A DNA stretch of 64,000 nucleotides, taken from Candidatus Latescibacterota bacterium (lineage in GTDB: Bacteria; Latescibacterota; UBA2968; UBA8231). Where the stretch lies: NCBI GenBank assembly GCA_965203175.1, contig OZ241867.1, positions 5,984,001-6,048,000 of the forward strand, read 5' to 3'. The notes under the pieces are model-generated. The model was not told the DNA's origin. It searched no databases and was given only the letters and a program-made list of their open reading frames with translations. The translations under genes were made by a program, and so were the position numbers. The first letter of the stretch is position 1, and each line of letters opens with the position of its first letter. Below, piece by piece: positions 17,850 through 26,320 of this stretch.

Positions 17850-18968
17850 ATGCAACGCATTCGCTTTACCATCTTTATCACTTTGCTATCGGCGCTGAGC
17901 GCACCAGCCTTCGGCAAATCGACCACCCAGCTCGACAACGGCGATTACCTCACGGTGCTCGACGCCACAGCAGGGGGCGCTTTTTCCTCGGAGCCCCACG
18001 ACTTCACCTACTTCAGCTTTGAGGACCAAGACGTGGTCGCGCTCACCGATGCCGAGGCGGCGGAGTCGGCCGAATGGCACATCGCCTTCAAGCGCAGCAA
18101 TATCCTGCTCAACGGCGGCATCAGCGGCCCCGGCAACGTCAGGGGCTTTGATCTCAACGGGGCCGAGGAAGTCGTCGCCGAAGATGCATTTGACGCGATA
18201 ATCTCGACAGACATCCCCACCGCCGACGCCTTCATCACCGACGGACCAGCCTACGCCATTAGCGCGTGGTACTCGTACAATTCGTCCTCGCACCGCATTG
18301 AGATTCCCGGCAACGCCTACGAGTTGCGCACCGCCGACGGCCAGTTCGCCAAGTTCGTAGTCGATGCAATAGAAGGGGCCGGCCGCTCGGACGCCGGCCG
18401 CATCACCTTCCGCTGGGTCGTCGCCGACGGCACGAATCTGACGGGCGCAGCGCGCACCGCCACCGTGGACGTGAGCGGGGGCGAGGAGGTGTACTTCAGC
18501 CTGAGTTCGGGAGAGTCGGTCACACCAGCCGATCCAAGCACCTCCACGGACTGGGATCTCCACTTCTCCGGCTACATCATCCGCCTCAACGGCGGCATCA
18601 GCGGCCCCGGCCAAGGCGGCGCATTCCCCGCCTATCAGACCGATCAAACCTTCGAAGACATCGCCGAGGCTATGGGGTTCGGGTACTTCGCCGACAAATC
18701 AGGCTCGGCCTTCAGCAGCGACACCGGCGAGTGGTACAGCTACGACAGCACTACCCACATCCTATCGACGCGGAATCACGTGTACATCATCGACACCGGC
18801 GCGGGGTTCTACAAGATGCAGCTTCTCAGCTACTACCGAGAGGTCGAAGGCTCGCCAGTCTCGGGGTTCATCACCTTCCGCTGGCGTCCGCTCACAGACG
18901 AGCCGGGGACCGCGATCCAATCTTCGAGTTGGGGCCAACTCAAAGCACGCCTCTGGGACTCAAACTAA
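17850..18968 (+). CDS. hmuY: HmuY-family hemophore-like protein with two HmuY domains and a C-terminal SSWGQLK motif
   Basis: Two copies of YFS..W(H/D)(I/L)xF...LNGGISGPG...WYSY...K..ITFRW. Sec signal peptide without a lipobox Cys. Confidence 0.75.
   Translation: MQRIRFTIFITLLSALSAPAFGKSTTQLDNGDYLTVLDATAGGAFSSEPHDFTYFSFEDQDVVALTDAEAAESAEWHIAFKRSNILLNGGISGPGNVRGFDLNGAEEVVAEDAFDAIISTDIPTADAFITDGPAYAISAWYSYNSSSHRIEIPGNAYELRTADGQFAKFVVDAIEGAGRSDAGRITFRWVVADGTNLTGAARTATVDVSGGEEVYFSLSSGESVTPADPSTSTDWDLHFSGYIIRLNGGISGPGQGGAFPAYQTDQTFEDIAEAMGFGYFADKSGSAFSSDTGEWYSYDSTTHILSTRNHVYIIDTGAGFYKMQLLSYYREVEGSPVSGFITFRWRPLTDEPGTAIQSSSWGQLKARLWDSN
18108..18611 (+). repeat. Intragenic direct repeat marking the HmuY domain duplication
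   Basis: CTCAACGGCGGCATCAGCGGCCCCGGC is identical at 18108-18134 and 18585-18611. CATCACCTTCCGCTGG also recurs at 18401-18416 and 18869-18884. Confidence 0.85.
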
Positions 18969-18989
18969 AAATCACAGGAGAAAATCCCC

Positions 18990-19391
18990 ATGCAGCCCAT
19001 CGCCAGCAATCCACCGATTGCATCCGTCTACCGCTGTGAACACGGCGGCATCCACTTGATCTGCCAGAACATCAACATCGGCTTGCACCCCGACGAATTC
19101 TTCACCCTCAATCGAGAGGTTCAACAAGCTATGAACCTGATTGAGGCCGGCATCTGGTCCTGTTCCTACCTATCCCTGAGCTGGCACACCACGGTCCTGT
19201 GCCTGAGTGCCAGCATCCTGCCGCCCCTAGCCGAGGTCATGCAGGAAGCGGCTGAGGCCATCGAATTAGAAGGCATCAGCACCACGCCAAAAACGGGGTG
19301 TCATCCTAGCAGTCCAAGTGTAAAAGTCTTTCCTGAATCCCAGTTCGTCCTGCGCCAGCCGGTGCCCAACATGGACGACCATCTCAACTAA
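18990..19391 (+). CDS. Hypothetical small Cys/His-containing protein within the heme operon
   Basis: Strong RBS (CAGGAG); fills the gap between hmuY and hmuS in the same orientation; CEHGGIHLIC motif. Confidence 0.6.
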   Translation: MQPIASNPPIASVYRCEHGGIHLICQNINIGLHPDEFFTLNREVQQAMNLIEAGIWSCSYLSLSWHTTVLCLSASILPPLAEVMQEAAEAIELEGISTTPKTGCHPSSPSVKVFPESQFVLRQPVPNMDDHLN

Positions 19392-19402
19392 AGGGAGATC
19401 GC

Positions 19403-20455
19403 ATGACTACCACAGCGCCCGATGTCAGAGGCGATTTCAAGCAACTCTGGAATACTTTCCGACGTGATAACCCGAGGGTGCGCATCCGCGACGCAGCCGA
19501 ACAGCTAGGCGTGAGTGAAGCTGAACTAGTCGCCACTTCCTGCGGCGAAAACGCAATTCGCCTGCAGGCTGAGTGGCCGCAGTTTATCCAGCGCCTCGAA
19601 AGCCTCGGCCCAGTCATGGCCCTCACGCGCAACGCCCACGCGGTACACGAAAAACACGGCGTATTCCGCAATGTCCACATACACGGCCAGATGGGCTTGG
19701 TCCTCGACGAAGGCATTGATCTGCGCCTGTTCATGAACCACTGGCGATTCGGCTTTGCCGTCGAGCAAGAAGGTCGCAAAACCACTCTGCGCGGCTTTCA
19801 GTTTTTCAATCAGCACGGCACCGCAGTCCACAAGGTGTACCTGACTGCCGAGAGCGACCACACGGCCTACCAGCAGCTAGTCGACGAATTCGCCAGCGAC
19901 GACCAGTCGCCCGTGCAGTGCGTCTGTCCGACCATTCCCGCAGTGCCGGACAAGGCCGACGACGCTATTGACGTAGCCGGGTTAGAAGAAGCTTGGAACG
20001 CCCTTGAAGACACGCACGACTTTCACCGACTCCTCGCCGAGTTCCACGTCGGACGCGTTCAAGCCCTGCGCTTGGTCAACGACTCACTCGCCTGCCGCGT
20101 GGACTCATCTAGTCTGAACGAGGTGCTACATACAGCGGCCCGGGACCAGATCGCCATCATGGTTTTCGTCGCCAGTCCCGGAGTCATACAGATCCACTCC
20201 GGCCCGATCCACAACGTCAAATCAACCGGCCCTTGGATCAACGTCCTAGACGATGATTTCAACCTACACGTCAGGGAGGACCGCTTGGACTCAGCTTGGG
20301 TCGTGCAAAAACCGACCCGCGACGGCGCGGTCTTTAGTCTGGAATTGTTCGACAGCAAGGGCGAAACCATTGCCCTGCTCTTTGCCCGGCGCAAGCAAGG
20401 CCAAGCGACAGTGGACGCTTGGAATGCCGCGCTGGCCACACTCACGCGAGTATAA
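19403..20455 (+). CDS. hmuS: Heme-degrading/trafficking protein HemS/HmuS/ChuS
   Basis: RIRDAAEQLGVSEAELVA, MALTRN..AVHEK, DLRLF, DTHDF (His ligand), IQIHSGP and FNLH motifs; two HemS domains. Confidence 0.93.
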   Translation: MTTTAPDVRGDFKQLWNTFRRDNPRVRIRDAAEQLGVSEAELVATSCGENAIRLQAEWPQFIQRLESLGPVMALTRNAHAVHEKHGVFRNVHIHGQMGLVLDEGIDLRLFMNHWRFGFAVEQEGRKTTLRGFQFFNQHGTAVHKVYLTAESDHTAYQQLVDEFASDDQSPVQCVCPTIPAVPDKADDAIDVAGLEEAWNALEDTHDFHRLLAEFHVGRVQALRLVNDSLACRVDSSSLNEVLHTAARDQIAIMVFVASPGVIQIHSGPIHNVKSTGPWINVLDDDFNLHVREDRLDSAWVVQKPTRDGAVFSLELFDSKGETIALLFARRKQGQATVDAWNAALATLTRV

Positions 20456-20460
20456 TCGCC

Positions 20461-21345
20461 ATGAAATGGATACTATGCTTAGGACTAATGATCGCCCTGT
20501 GGGGCACAACAGGCGACGCCGAGGAGATGCCAAACGACTCCTCGCGTATCGTCACCCTCGGCGGGACCATCACCGAGATCGTCTTCGCTCTGGGAGCCGG
20601 CGAGCGCGTAGTGGGCGTGGATGCCTCCAGCTCCTTTCCCGAGATAGTCAACCAGTTGCCCAAGGTCGCCTATCACCGCCGCCTCTCGGCCGAGGGCGTG
20701 CTCTCGCTGAGACCGACGCTAATCATCGCTACCACCGAAGCGGGACCTCCCGAAGCCATTCAACAGCTCGAGAGCGCCGGGGTAACGGTACTCGTCCTGA
20801 CCCACGAGCCTACAGTAGAGAACGCCATCGCCAAGATCGAACGCATTGCCGCCGCGTTGAACGTCCAAGCGCGCGGCGCGGCGCTGATCCAAACGCTCAA
20901 AAAAGAGCTACAGCAGGTACAATCCTCCATCCCACACACCGGGGCCCAGGCCAAAATTCTCTTTCTCTACGCCCGCGGCCAAGGCACGCTAATGGTCGCC
21001 GGCCAAGACACCGGAGCCGATACCATGATCGGCTTGGCCGGTGGCATCAACGCCGTTCGGGGCTATAGCGGGTACAAGCCGCTCACCTCAGAAGCGGCCG
21101 TAGCCGCAGCACCCGATCTCATCCTGCTCATGGACAGTGGTTTAGAGAGCGTCGGTGGTGCCCAAGGACTTTGGCAATTACCTGGGCTTGCGCTGACGCC
21201 AGCGGGGCAACAAGGCCGGGTCCTGTCGATGGATGGACTTTTGTTATTGGGGTTTGGCCCCCGTTTGGGCCAAGCGGTTCTGGCGTTGAACCAAGCCTTG
21301 TACGATGTCCCGAGTAAAACGGAGGGCCTAAGTACACAACAGTAG
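20461..21345 (+). CDS. hmuT: Heme ABC transporter periplasmic binding protein
   Basis: ATG 20461 with signal peptide; RIVTLGGTITEIVFALG, VAYHRRLSAEG (Tyr ligand), LLLGFGPR. Confidence 0.9.
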   Translation: MKWILCLGLMIALWGTTGDAEEMPNDSSRIVTLGGTITEIVFALGAGERVVGVDASSSFPEIVNQLPKVAYHRRLSAEGVLSLRPTLIIATTEAGPPEAIQQLESAGVTVLVLTHEPTVENAIAKIERIAAALNVQARGAALIQTLKKELQQVQSSIPHTGAQAKILFLYARGQGTLMVAGQDTGADTMIGLAGGINAVRGYSGYKPLTSEAAVAAAPDLILLMDSGLESVGGAQGLWQLPGLALTPAGQQGRVLSMDGLLLLGFGPRLGQAVLALNQALYDVPSKTEGLSTQQ

Positions 21346-21354
21346 AGGTGGTCT

Positions 21355-21440
21355 GAGATGCTTCGCTTCGCTCAGCATGACAAGTGGGGACGCTGCTTCA
21401 CCGTGTCATGCTGAGCGGAGCGAAGCGGAGTCGAAGCATC
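21355..21440. repeat. Long intergenic inverted repeat (REP-like/RNA stem) between hmuT and hmuU
   Basis: Left arm GATGCTTCG-CTTCGCTCAGCATGACA (21357-21382) pairs with TGTCATGCTGAGCG...CGAAGCATC (21404-21440). Confidence 0.75.
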
Positions 21441-21493
21441 CCATACCTCGATGGCCATGTATAACGTTACTGTCGTATCGCTAACGGAAAGCA

Positions 21494-22609
21494 ATGACTT
21501 CGATTGAAGCGACTAATTCTTCCCTGCGCCAAACCAGTCGCCGTTTATTGCCCAAGGTTGCAGTCAGGGAAAAGGGCACCCTAGGGCTGATGGCCCTAAC
21601 AGTCCTGTTGGGACTACTGAGCGTAGTGTGCCTAGGAACGGGTGCTGTTTCCATAGGACCTCGGCAGGTGCTAGCCGTACTTGGCAAAGGGCTGGACCTG
21701 ACCCTGCCCTGGGCTTTTGAGCCTCACCACGAGGCCATCGTCCTGAGCATTCGCTTGCCGCGCATTCTGCTGGGGATCTTGATCGGCGGTGGCCTCGCCG
21801 TTGCAGGCGCTGCCATGCAGGGCCTGTTTCGCAATCCCCTAGCCGATCCCGGCCTCATCGGCGTTTCCAGCGGCGCGGCAGTCGCCGCAGTGGCGACTAT
21901 TGTTCTCGGAGCGACTGTGCTTGATTTTGCTACCCAAGCGCTGGGGCCTTTTGCCCTGTCCATCGCCGCTTTTGGCGGCGGTGCCGCCACGACCTTGCTG
22001 GTCTATCGCCTGTCGCTAGTCCACGGCACGGTCTCCGTATCCACCATGCTACTGGCCGGTATTGCCATCAACGCCGTGGCCGGAGCCATCACCGGGGTAT
22101 TCACTTTCGTGGCGGACGATGCTCAACTGCGCAGCCTGACGTTCTGGAGCATGGGCAGTCTCGGCGGGGCTACCTGGCCGGCGGTGGCCGCGGCTGCGCC
22201 GTTTACCGGCCTTGCTACCTTAGCGGTGTTGCGCTACGCCCGTCCCCTCAACGCCCTGCTGCTAGGCGAGGCCGAAGCCGGCCATCTCGGCTGCAACGTC
22301 GAGCGCCTCAAGCGTTCGGTCGTCCTCCTAGTCGCTTTGTCCGTGGGAGCAGCGGTCGCCGTGGCCGGCATCATCGGCTTTGTCGGCCTAGTCGTACCCC
22401 ACCTGCTGCGCCTCACCCTCGGACCGGATCACCGCTTTCTGCTCCCCGGTGCCGCCCTTTTGGGCGCTAGCCTGCTCCTCGGAGCCGACCTCATCGCCCG
22501 CACATTGGTCGCCCCGGCTGAACTCCCCATCGGCATTGTGACGGCGATCATCGGCGGGCCCTTCTTCATGTACTTGCTGCAACGCGGGCGGCGCTTGGGG
22601 AGATTCTAA
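21494..22609 (+). CDS. hmuU: Heme ABC transporter permease (FecCD family)
   Basis: IRLPR, QGLFRNPLADPGLIGVSSGA, EAEAGHLG (EAA loop) and GIIGFVGLVVPH. Confidence 0.93.
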   Translation: MTSIEATNSSLRQTSRRLLPKVAVREKGTLGLMALTVLLGLLSVVCLGTGAVSIGPRQVLAVLGKGLDLTLPWAFEPHHEAIVLSIRLPRILLGILIGGGLAVAGAAMQGLFRNPLADPGLIGVSSGAAVAAVATIVLGATVLDFATQALGPFALSIAAFGGGAATTLLVYRLSLVHGTVSVSTMLLAGIAINAVAGAITGVFTFVADDAQLRSLTFWSMGSLGGATWPAVAAAAPFTGLATLAVLRYARPLNALLLGEAEAGHLGCNVERLKRSVVLLVALSVGAAVAVAGIIGFVGLVVPHLLRLTLGPDHRFLLPGAALLGASLLLGADLIARTLVAPAELPIGIVTAIIGGPFFMYLLQRGRRLGRF

Positions 22610-23400
22610 TGCTCGAAGGCCAAAATATACACGTAGTCTTGGATGAGAGCGTCCTGCTGGAGGATGTGTCTATCCACGTGCGACCCGGCGAAGTGGTGGC
22701 CGTCTTGGGACCTAATGGCGCTGGCAAATCCACCCTGTTGAAAGTGTTATGCGGTGACTTATCCCCCTCCAAGGGAACGGTGTCGATGGGAGGACAATCA
22801 CTGGCATCTTGGGACAAAAAGGCCAGCGCCCAAATCCGCGCCGTCTTGCCGCAACAATCCAGCCTAAGTTTTCCCTTCCGCGTGCTCGAAGTAGCGCTCA
22901 TGGGCCGAAGCCCCCATCTGCGCGGCCCTGAAACGCAGCGGGATTACGCCATTGCACGAGCGGCCTTGCAGGAGGCCGGCGTTGATCACCTAGAGGATCG
23001 CCTCTATCCAACGCTATCGGGGGGAGAAGGTCAGCGCGTACACCTCGGACGAGTGCTGGCGCAAATCTGGGAAGCGGTGGACCAAACGCCGCGCTATCTG
23101 CTGCTGGACGAACCCACGTCCAGCTTAGACCTAGCCCACCAACACCACACCTTGACCGTTGCGCGAGCATTTGCCGAGCGGCAAGTGGGCGTACTCGTGG
23201 TACTCCACGACCTCAATTTAGCGGCCCAATACGCCGATCGCGTCCTGCTCCTGAAAGCGGGCCGCGAAGTAGCCACAGGCCCTCCTGAGCAAGTGCTACA
23301 AGCCGAAATAATAGAAGCTGTTTACGAAATCCCAATAACGGTCATTCCCCACCCCCACAGCCCCTGTCCACTCGTCGTTCCCGCAGCTAATCTCACCTGA
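22609..23400 (+). CDS. hmuV: Heme ABC transporter ATP-binding protein
   Basis: GPNGAGKST, LSGGEGQR, LLLDEPT and VLHDLNLA; TAATG overlap with hmuU. Confidence 0.93.
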   Translation: MLEGQNIHVVLDESVLLEDVSIHVRPGEVVAVLGPNGAGKSTLLKVLCGDLSPSKGTVSMGGQSLASWDKKASAQIRAVLPQQSSLSFPFRVLEVALMGRSPHLRGPETQRDYAIARAALQEAGVDHLEDRLYPTLSGGEGQRVHLGRVLAQIWEAVDQTPRYLLLDEPTSSLDLAHQHHTLTVARAFAERQVGVLVVLHDLNLAAQYADRVLLLKAGREVATGPPEQVLQAEIIEAVYEIPITVIPHPHSPCPLVVPAANLT

Positions 23401-23416
23401 CCCTTGCACGCGCTCC

Positions 23417-24505
23417 CTACGGCAGGTACGAGGTGTAGAACCGGTGCCAGTTCCCGTACATGACGTTGGCGACGTCCTCGCTGCCGTAGCCGCGGCGCTC
23501 GAGAATCGGGACGAGCTTCCCGTAGTCAGCTATGCTGTCGATCTCGAGCGGGGCCCCGTCGATCCCCCCTTGGCCATCGGTGTCGCCGCCGATCCCCGCG
23601 TGCCGGGAGTTGCCAGCCAACTGGCAGACGTGGTCGACGTGATTGGCGATATGCTCCAAGGTCACTTCTTCCCGCGCGTAGTACTCCCGCCGCGAAAAAT
23701 CTGCGGTGCGGGCCCAGTCGAGATCCTGCTTCTCGCGCAGCATCCAAGTGTCCATCGAGGCCCCGACGACGCCGTCCCGCTCGATCACCGCCCTGACCTG
23801 CTCGTCGCTGAACTGGCGCTCCCCGGGGGCCAGAGCGCGGCAGTTTTGATGGCTCGCCAGGATCGGGCCGGAATAATGGTCGAGTGCTTCCCAGAAACTG
23901 CGGTCGGCGATGTGCGTCGTGTCGAGCAGCATGCCGCAGGCCTCCATCTCCCGCAGCAACTCCGGTCCGGGGGGCAGCAGCCCTCCCTCGGTCCCAGTGC
24001 CGGTACCGTGGGCGTAGCGGCTGCGGCCGTAGTGCGTCAGGCTGACCACGCGCACCCCGTCGTCCCACCACTCCCCTACCTGCCCCGGCGTCAGGATCGG
24101 GTCGGCCCCCTCCATGCCGATCAGGAAGCCGACCGGCAGCCGGGAGTCCCCTGCCCGCTGCTCCCACTGCCCGGCGAGTTCGCGCAATTGTCCAGCGGTG
24201 GTGACGACGACCGCTTCCCCGGTGCTCTCTAGGCCGCGGTACAAGGCGAGTTGCCCCTTCCCCGCAGCGTACACCACCTCCTTGCCGCGATACCCCGGCA
24301 GGATGCTGTCCTTGCGCATTCGCCGCGCCGCGATCTTCATCAGCGCGCAGTACACCCCCCCTCTGCGCATCTCCGGGAGGCAGCCGAAGGGAATGTTGGA
24401 GGGGTTGGCGTCGGCGGCGCGCAGCTCGTCGAGCGGAAGGGTCAAATCCCTGTTGAGACCGAGGGCACCGTGCGCCATCGGGTAGTCGCCATCGAAAATT
24501 AGCAC
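23417..24505 (-). CDS. Membrane dipeptidase (peptidase M19) family amidohydrolase
   Basis: GTG start at 24505 after AAGGAGA; MEGAD, SLTH, DTTH, ASHQN and GIGGDTDG motifs. Confidence 0.85.
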   Translation of the reverse strand: MLIFDGDYPMAHGALGLNRDLTLPLDELRAADANPSNIPFGCLPEMRRGGVYCALMKIAARRMRKDSILPGYRGKEVVYAAGKGQLALYRGLESTGEAVVVTTAGQLRELAGQWEQRAGDSRLPVGFLIGMEGADPILTPGQVGEWWDDGVRVVSLTHYGRSRYAHGTGTGTEGGLLPPGPELLREMEACGMLLDTTHIADRSFWEALDHYSGPILASHQNCRALAPGERQFSDEQVRAVIERDGVVGASMDTWMLREKQDLDWARTADFSRREYYAREEVTLEHIANHVDHVCQLAGNSRHAGIGGDTDGQGGIDGAPLEIDSIADYGKLVPILERRGYGSEDVANVMYGNWHRFYTSYLP

Positions 24506-24773
24506 GGCTTTCTCCTTTCGTGGTCGGCAGTGTTTTCTGCAGGATGTCGCGGTTCCGGTTTGCCAGGGCCGGTGGAACTCCAAGCTGACGGGGCGATTCG
24601 GCCCGCCCGGGGAAAAGTAGCTTTGGCGGGGAGGCCGGGCAATCGCCTAGGACCATGCCGGCAGGCATCAGTGACCTGCAAGCGACCCTGAGACCGGGCT
24701 CCGGTTGGCCCACCTTCTCCGCATTGGATATGTTAGAGCTGCTGGGATTACAACCCATTACCCGAGCCATCCC

Positions 24774-26252
24774 ATGAAAGCCGCCCTCGCCCAGTTCATC
24801 TTCGAAAGCAACACCTTCACCCCCGCCCTAGCGGAGATCGACCTCTTCAGGAAAGGCGGAGTCTTTCTCGAAGACGAAGCCCAAGTGCGCGCTTGGGCCG
24901 CCGGAACCGACTCGCAAATGCACGGCAGCCTGGAGGTGCTGGCCGCAGCCGGCTGGGAAACCGCCCCCTGCTTCACCGCCGTCTGCGGCTCTCCCGCCGG
25001 ACGCCTGAGCGCCGCCTGCTTTCGCGAGATCAGCGGCACCCTGCTCGACCGGGTCGCCGCCGCCATGCCGTTCGACGTCCTCATCCTCCACCTGCACGGG
25101 GCCGCAGCCGCCGACGGCGAGGACGATCCCGAGGGGTACCTCCTCGAGAAGGTGCGCACCGATCTCGGCTACCGCGGCCGGGTCGTGCTCTCTCTCGACC
25201 TGCACGCCAATTTCACCCGCCGCATGCTGCGGCACGCCGACGCGATCACCGCGTACCGAACCTTCCCCCACATGGACTTCACCGCCACCGGCGAGCGCGC
25301 CGCGCGCTTGGCCCTGCACTCGGGGCCTTTCACTCGCGCCGCAGCCAAGGTGTCCGTCCTGATGCCACCGACGAATAGCACTCATTTCGAGGGGCACCTG
25401 TGCGACCTGCTCACCCGCGCCCGCGAGCTCGAACAGTGGCACGCAGACGTCCTCGACGTCTGCATCCTGCCGGTGCAGCCCTGGATGGACATCGACGAAC
25501 TCGGCTCCTCCGTGGTCGTCACCGCCACCGAAGGAGGCGTCCCCCTCGATGAGCTGCAGAAGCTCGCCGACGAGTGGTACGCCCAACGGCACCACTGGAG
25601 AAGCCGGCTCACCCCCTGGCCGGAGATCCTGCAGAGACTCCGGCACAAGGGTCCGGAGCCCTGGGTGCTGGCCGACACCGCGGACGCGACCTCCGGGGGC
25701 TCCCCCGGCCACAGTGCCGAGGCCCTGCGACGGCTGTTGCCGCTCCGCGAAGAGCTGCCCGGCAAGGTGCTGCTCTGGGTGGTCGATCCGGGCACCGTCG
25801 CCGCGGCCCGTAGCGGGGCGACCCGCTTCACCACCGGCGACCCGCCGGTCTCTTGGGAAGGGCGCGTGATCTGGACGGGAGAGGGCAACTACAAGGCCCG
25901 GGGTGGAGCCTACACGGGCCAGGCCCTCTCGATGGGGGAAGCCGCGGTCATAGAGTCGGGGCAGATCCAGCTCGTCGCCTGCTCGTACCCAGCGCTGACT
26001 CCGGATCCGGCCTTCTACGAGTGCGCCGGGCTGCAGCCGGATGCCGCCCTCGCGGTTATGGCCAAGAACATGACCGGGTGGATGGCGGCCTTTGGTGCCC
26101 CCTGGGAGCGCGGCCTGCTGTTCGACGGCCCCGGTGCCTGCACCTTGGACTTCGCCTCCATCCCGTTCACGGGAAGCGGCCGCGGGCTCTGGCCCGTCGA
26201 TTCGGCCCCGGCGAATCCGGTAGCGATCTGGGAACCGGATGCCTCCAGCTAA
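24774..26252 (+). CDS. MlrC-like (M81) metallopeptidase
   Basis: ESNTF, LHLHGA, DPEG, SLDLHAN, YRTFPHMD and ADTAD..SGGSPG motifs; ATG 24774. Confidence 0.88.
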   Translation: MKAALAQFIFESNTFTPALAEIDLFRKGGVFLEDEAQVRAWAAGTDSQMHGSLEVLAAAGWETAPCFTAVCGSPAGRLSAACFREISGTLLDRVAAAMPFDVLILHLHGAAAADGEDDPEGYLLEKVRTDLGYRGRVVLSLDLHANFTRRMLRHADAITAYRTFPHMDFTATGERAARLALHSGPFTRAAAKVSVLMPPTNSTHFEGHLCDLLTRARELEQWHADVLDVCILPVQPWMDIDELGSSVVVTATEGGVPLDELQKLADEWYAQRHHWRSRLTPWPEILQRLRHKGPEPWVLADTADATSGGSPGHSAEALRRLLPLREELPGKVLLWVVDPGTVAAARSGATRFTTGDPPVSWEGRVIWTGEGNYKARGGAYTGQALSMGEAAVIESGQIQLVACSYPALTPDPAFYECAGLQPDAALAVMAKNMTGWMAAFGAPWERGLLFDGPGACTLDFASIPFTGSGRGLWPVDSAPANPVAIWEPDASS

Positions 26253-26320
26253 GCGGGGTGCCGAAACGAATTACTTCATGCAAGATTTGGAATGAGTAAC
26301 CTCGCCTATTCGCGCGGTCG

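Noticed and set aside
23444-25712. Long alternative-frame ORFs (e.g. 23526-24770, 24828-25712; also 49121-50131, 44746-45759, 17886-18647)
   Set aside because: Shadow ORFs expected in high-GC DNA. They overlap well-supported genes and carry no motifs.
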